From the NCBI RefSeq assembly GCF_035594765.1, contig NC_085841.1, forward strand, positions 167,819,574-167,883,573: a DNA stretch of 64,000 bases. Reading direction: 5' to 3'. Both the position numbers and the translations under genes were made by a program. Below are positions 60,201 through 64,000 of the stretch, piece after piece (positions within the stretch are counted from its first letter, which is position 1; every line of letters starts with the position of its first letter). A model generated the notes under the pieces. It was not told the origin of the DNA and made no database searches. It saw nothing but the letters and a program-made list of their open reading frames with translations. Source of the stretch: Anolis carolinensis. Taxonomy: Eukaryota.

Positions 60201-62137
60201 TACATCGCATTTAGAAATCCATTTAAATAAAAATTACATTGCAATTAAGAACCTACATTAAAAACCTGCATAATTATACATATAAATATACATTCACGGT
60301 GCGTTTCAAGTCCAAATGTGATAACGATGAGGGTTATAGATTCAGTGGGAACATCCTGTGAGAACTGTTACAATTTGATACTGGAGTGGGAGATGCCTTG
60401 TGGAAACGGAGACAGGAGTCATTAATGAATGAGTCTCTGGACTCGGCTTCTATCTTATGCTTTAACTATTAGGAGCACAGTTGTGTTACAAACAGGGGTG
60501 CTCATGGCTATACATGTCACTTCTAGACGGAACAGCTATTAACTATAGCTTTTTCTCTTTTAGAAAATTGGTATGCTACGTTTCCAACCGATGCCATTAA
60601 ATGGTGACTCTAAAAATATTTTTGGCTTCATTAATACAAATGCTAAAATTCACATGGAAAATAGATATATCTAGAGAAATAAAGATATTAATTAAGGGGG
60701 AAACATACATGAAGCTCGCAAAGGTTTGCGGGAAGGAAATGTCAGAATGTGTCCCTGGTTTTGTAATTAGAAACAAAGGAGGTCTGTGAAGACTTGAAGC
60801 CTCATGCCCAAAATAGAACTATAGCTTAGTTCTCCCAGTTACAGTGGCACAATATGTTAAATTTGTCTTCAGTTTGTCCAGAATGACATCCTCAGAAATC
60901 TCCTGCACATTTCTCATGGTATTTTAGTGGGTTTTTTTTTAAAAAAATAGTGATTTGGTGCAGTTTAACTAACTAGCTACAGTTACTTGTGCAATTAATG
61001 GCAAAGAGGGCAACATAACTAAACTTTTCACTATAGTTATGTGGAGAGAGGCTAACGAAATTGTGGGGCTCTGTGTTTCGTTTTTTAAAAAGCACTAAGG
61101 ACCAGAGTTTTGCTAAATAAACCTGATTTCAGTTTATTTTTTAGCTGTCATGACTGCAAAATGGCACTGGTTTGAGGGGCATTTCTTAAGCAGACTAACG
61201 GTAATTGGCAATCCATTTCTTCATTTCCTTTGTACAACCAACCCTGACAAATTAATCGCAATCAAATGTTGGCTGGAGGAAGGGGCAACCTGTGTAGCAT
61301 GGAAGAAAAATGAGGTTTCCTGCTGGGCTGACAGCCTAATCTTTCAGTTCACCCCATTATAGCAAAGAAGGGGACTTTGGCGTGCCGATCACCCGTCCCA
61401 CCCATAAAGAAACTGTCCACTTCAAGACCTAAGGTTGAGCTATGGTGATAAAGAGTATTGAATTCTACTTCACTGCCTTGTTCATCACCCTGTGGACTGA
61501 GGATCCGATGCGCTCACCCTGATGAGGAAGCATCTCACTGTGGACTGGCTCTACAAGATTGAGGACGATCGGATATCACCTAAATGAAACTCTACAGAGC
61601 GATTTCACACTGGTGCTCATGTGAATTGGAAAGACTTCTTGGTTTAAGGATGGGGTGTAGGGGGAGGGAGGATATTAACTACAGTTCCAAACCAAGGTTT
61701 AGTTCAGTAAGAGCTTGATCAAACTCAACTTTTGGGCATGGAATTGGTAGCCCCCTGTGTGAATATTTTGTTTCTTTTGAACAGGAGGTTGGGGGTTGTA
61801 ACTGTTTCAAAATGAAAGTGAGGACAAAAATCCCACTTTATTTTTCTTGCATCCTTCCCCATATTGGGGAAGGCAATATTATTTTTTCCCCTTTCAACAG
61901 TTTTCACTGGCCAGTGAGGTGGTGAGCTATCATGTTCATTGCTATCTGATTATATCTACAGAATGCATTCTCATAAAGTTTTGTTGCTGATTATAAAGCA
62001 ACCCTTCACCATGTGAGAGCAAATTCAGATAGGCAGAGAAAGCAGTTAATACCTGCCTTTCGGGACTATGCCAATTCTGAATGCAAACACCAATTAGGCT
62101 ATTCAAAAGCTCTCCCAAATCAAAGTTCCTTGACAAT

Positions 62138-62350
62138 GGGTGCGCCTCCACTGTAGAATAAATGTAGTTTGACACCACTTGAACTGCTGTGGCTCAATTT
62201 TATGTAGTCTTGGTGGTGTAGTTTGGTGAAGCACCAAAACTCTTTGGCACAGAAGACCTTGTAAAAGTACATCTCCCATATTCTATAATGCTGAGCTATG
62301 GAAGTTAAAATAGTGCCACATTGCATTAATTCCACAGTGGAGCAGCATCC
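62138..62350. mobile_element. Old palindromic Harbinger-like MITE
   Basis: CCACTGTAGAATAAATGTAGTTTGACACCACTT ... inverted counterpart; fragments also at ~2600-2650 and ~17945-18108. Confidence 0.65.
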
Positions 62351-62669
62351 AATGAAAAACTAAACTCATAACACAGGAAGAAGGATTTTTCCTTGCCCAT
62401 CCCCATGGTGGGCTTAATTTATTAATGCAACAAAAAAAGATTAATGATTATAAAACACATAATCAAGCATCCTTTTCAGTATTCTGAAGCAGTGCATTCT
62501 TACCAAGTGCATCTGACAATTTTAAAAGGTATTTCCAAAGTTATTTTTATTGATAAGATGTGACGAATCTACAATATTGTATTGTACTCTTCCCCCCCCC
62601 CCCCAATATACACCTGAGGTCTCTGATAAATTGGGGATTTAAAAATGGATTTGAACCTTGCACCATTAT

Positions 62670-62985
62670 ATGTTTAACATTCCGTATTCACAATTTGAAA
62701 ATGCAAAATACTTCAAAATCGTCCACATGGGTGGATGAGAAAGTGCAATGATTACTTTGTGATGCTTCAGTGTACACAAACATTGCTTCATGCACAAAAT
62801 TGTTAGGATTATGGTGTATAAAATTACCTTCTGGCTGTGTGTATAGGGTGCATTTGAAAGAAATCTAGACTTGGGTCCCAACTCCAAGGTGTATTATGTA
62901 TATAGAAGTATTCTAAAATCTGGGGTAAAAATCTGAAATATGGAATGCTTCTGGATCTAAGCATTTGAGGCAAGGTATATTCGAT
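62670..62985 (-). mobile_element. Tigger4-like pogo MITE, end interrupted by a SINE
   Basis: Inverted homologue of 31598-31878. Confidence 0.7.
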
Positions 62986-62987
62986 CA

Positions 62988-63313
62988 GGAGCCCCAGGTG
63001 GCACAGTTGGTTAAACCACTGAGCTGCTGAACTTGCTGACCGAAAGGTTGGTGGTTCAAATCCAGGGAGCAGAATGAGCTCCTGCTGTTAGCCCCAGCTT
63101 CTGCCAACCTAGCAGTTTGAAAGCATGAAAAAGTGAATAGATCAATAGGTACCACTCTGACAGGAATATAACGGCACTCCATGCAGTCATGCCAGTCACA
63201 TGACCTTGGAGGCATCTACGGACAACGCTGGCTGTTTGGCTTAGAAATGGAGATGAGCACCAACTTCCAGAGTCAGACACGGCTAGACTTAATGTCAGGG
63301 GAAAACCTTTACC
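62988..63313 (+). mobile_element. Full-length Sauria SINE
   Basis: tRNA head, body, ACCTTTACC tail; partial TSD TATATTC. Confidence 0.93.
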
Positions 63314-64000
63314 TATATTCAAACTATATTACATTTTTTACCGTCAGGTGCACTCCAGAGAGTGAACCATCAGCACCACTGACTATTTCGTTCCATAAAC
63401 TCAAAGTAACAGGAATTAAGGATGAATTAAACACTTCTATCTAGCCCCTCTCATTTATCAGTCTCCAGCCTTATCACTCTTTTAAAAATTGCAAGCTAGA
63501 TTCATTTTTTAAATATTTGAATAATTCCAAAACAGGAATTAGGAATTATGTAGCAAGAAGTGTTACACAAGTGTTAAAGAGAGTATTAACAAAAATATTA
63601 GTCTTGTTAACAAAATACTTCTATAGATTAAACAGTTCTATAAAGGCCTTTATTAACCTGAAAAAAGTAATTCAGAAGCAAGCTCCATAGAGTTATTCCA
63701 CGTGCTAAACATGGAAAATAAAGAAAATAAATAAGTTGCCAAGGGCTTCAGTTTTCCCTAGTGATCTTATTAATCCTAGTTCTGTGTCTTGTCAGGTCGA
63801 CGGTATATTAAACAATTAAGGTAGATAGAAGCAATTTCCTGCATACTCCCTTGTTTAGTATTGCAACTGGAACATTAAAAGTTTATACTTGAATTTTCTT
63901 GTTTTCTTGTTTTCCCCTCATCCACCATCCCCTCCTTTTTGTGTCATGTCTGTTCAATGATGATCTCTGCATAAGAAGAGAATGGTCTGTTTTTAAAAAA

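Noticed and set aside
61519-61592. CTGATGAG ... GAAAC as a hammerhead
   Set aside because: No stem II closes the two boxes and they are ~60 nt apart.

Overview
AT-rich vertebrate genomic DNA dominated by transposable elements. The repeat repertoire (Sauria SINE, L2-tailed and 5S-derived SINEs, R4/Dong, Penelope, CR1, L2, L1, hAT/pogo/Harbinger MITEs, Helitron ends, solo LTRs) points to a squamate, most likely an Anolis lizard; that assignment is an inference from repeat families recalled from memory. The only confidently identifiable protein-coding sequence is a 5'-truncated R4/Dong retrotransposon (RT, CCHC, restriction-like endonuclease; 4099-6749) sitting in a (TAA)n tract, with a second short copy in a similar tract. 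I could not identify a host gene. A few splice-site-bounded exon candidates exist (best: 21421-21490, +), and several repeat-free blocks may be conserved non-coding elements. Most noteworthy: (i) minimal hammerhead-ribozyme relics from three different Penelope-type repeats; (ii) two GC/CpG-rich hAT elements with different termini but shared internal motifs and hairpins showing paired substitutions; (iii) a composite Helitron-ended unit carrying Penelope and Sauria SINE fragments; (iv) many nested insertions with readable target-site duplications (TSDs). I found no convincing evidence of a wholly new system; the novelty lies in TE architecture. Termini with TSDs were read base by base, other boundaries are approximate.
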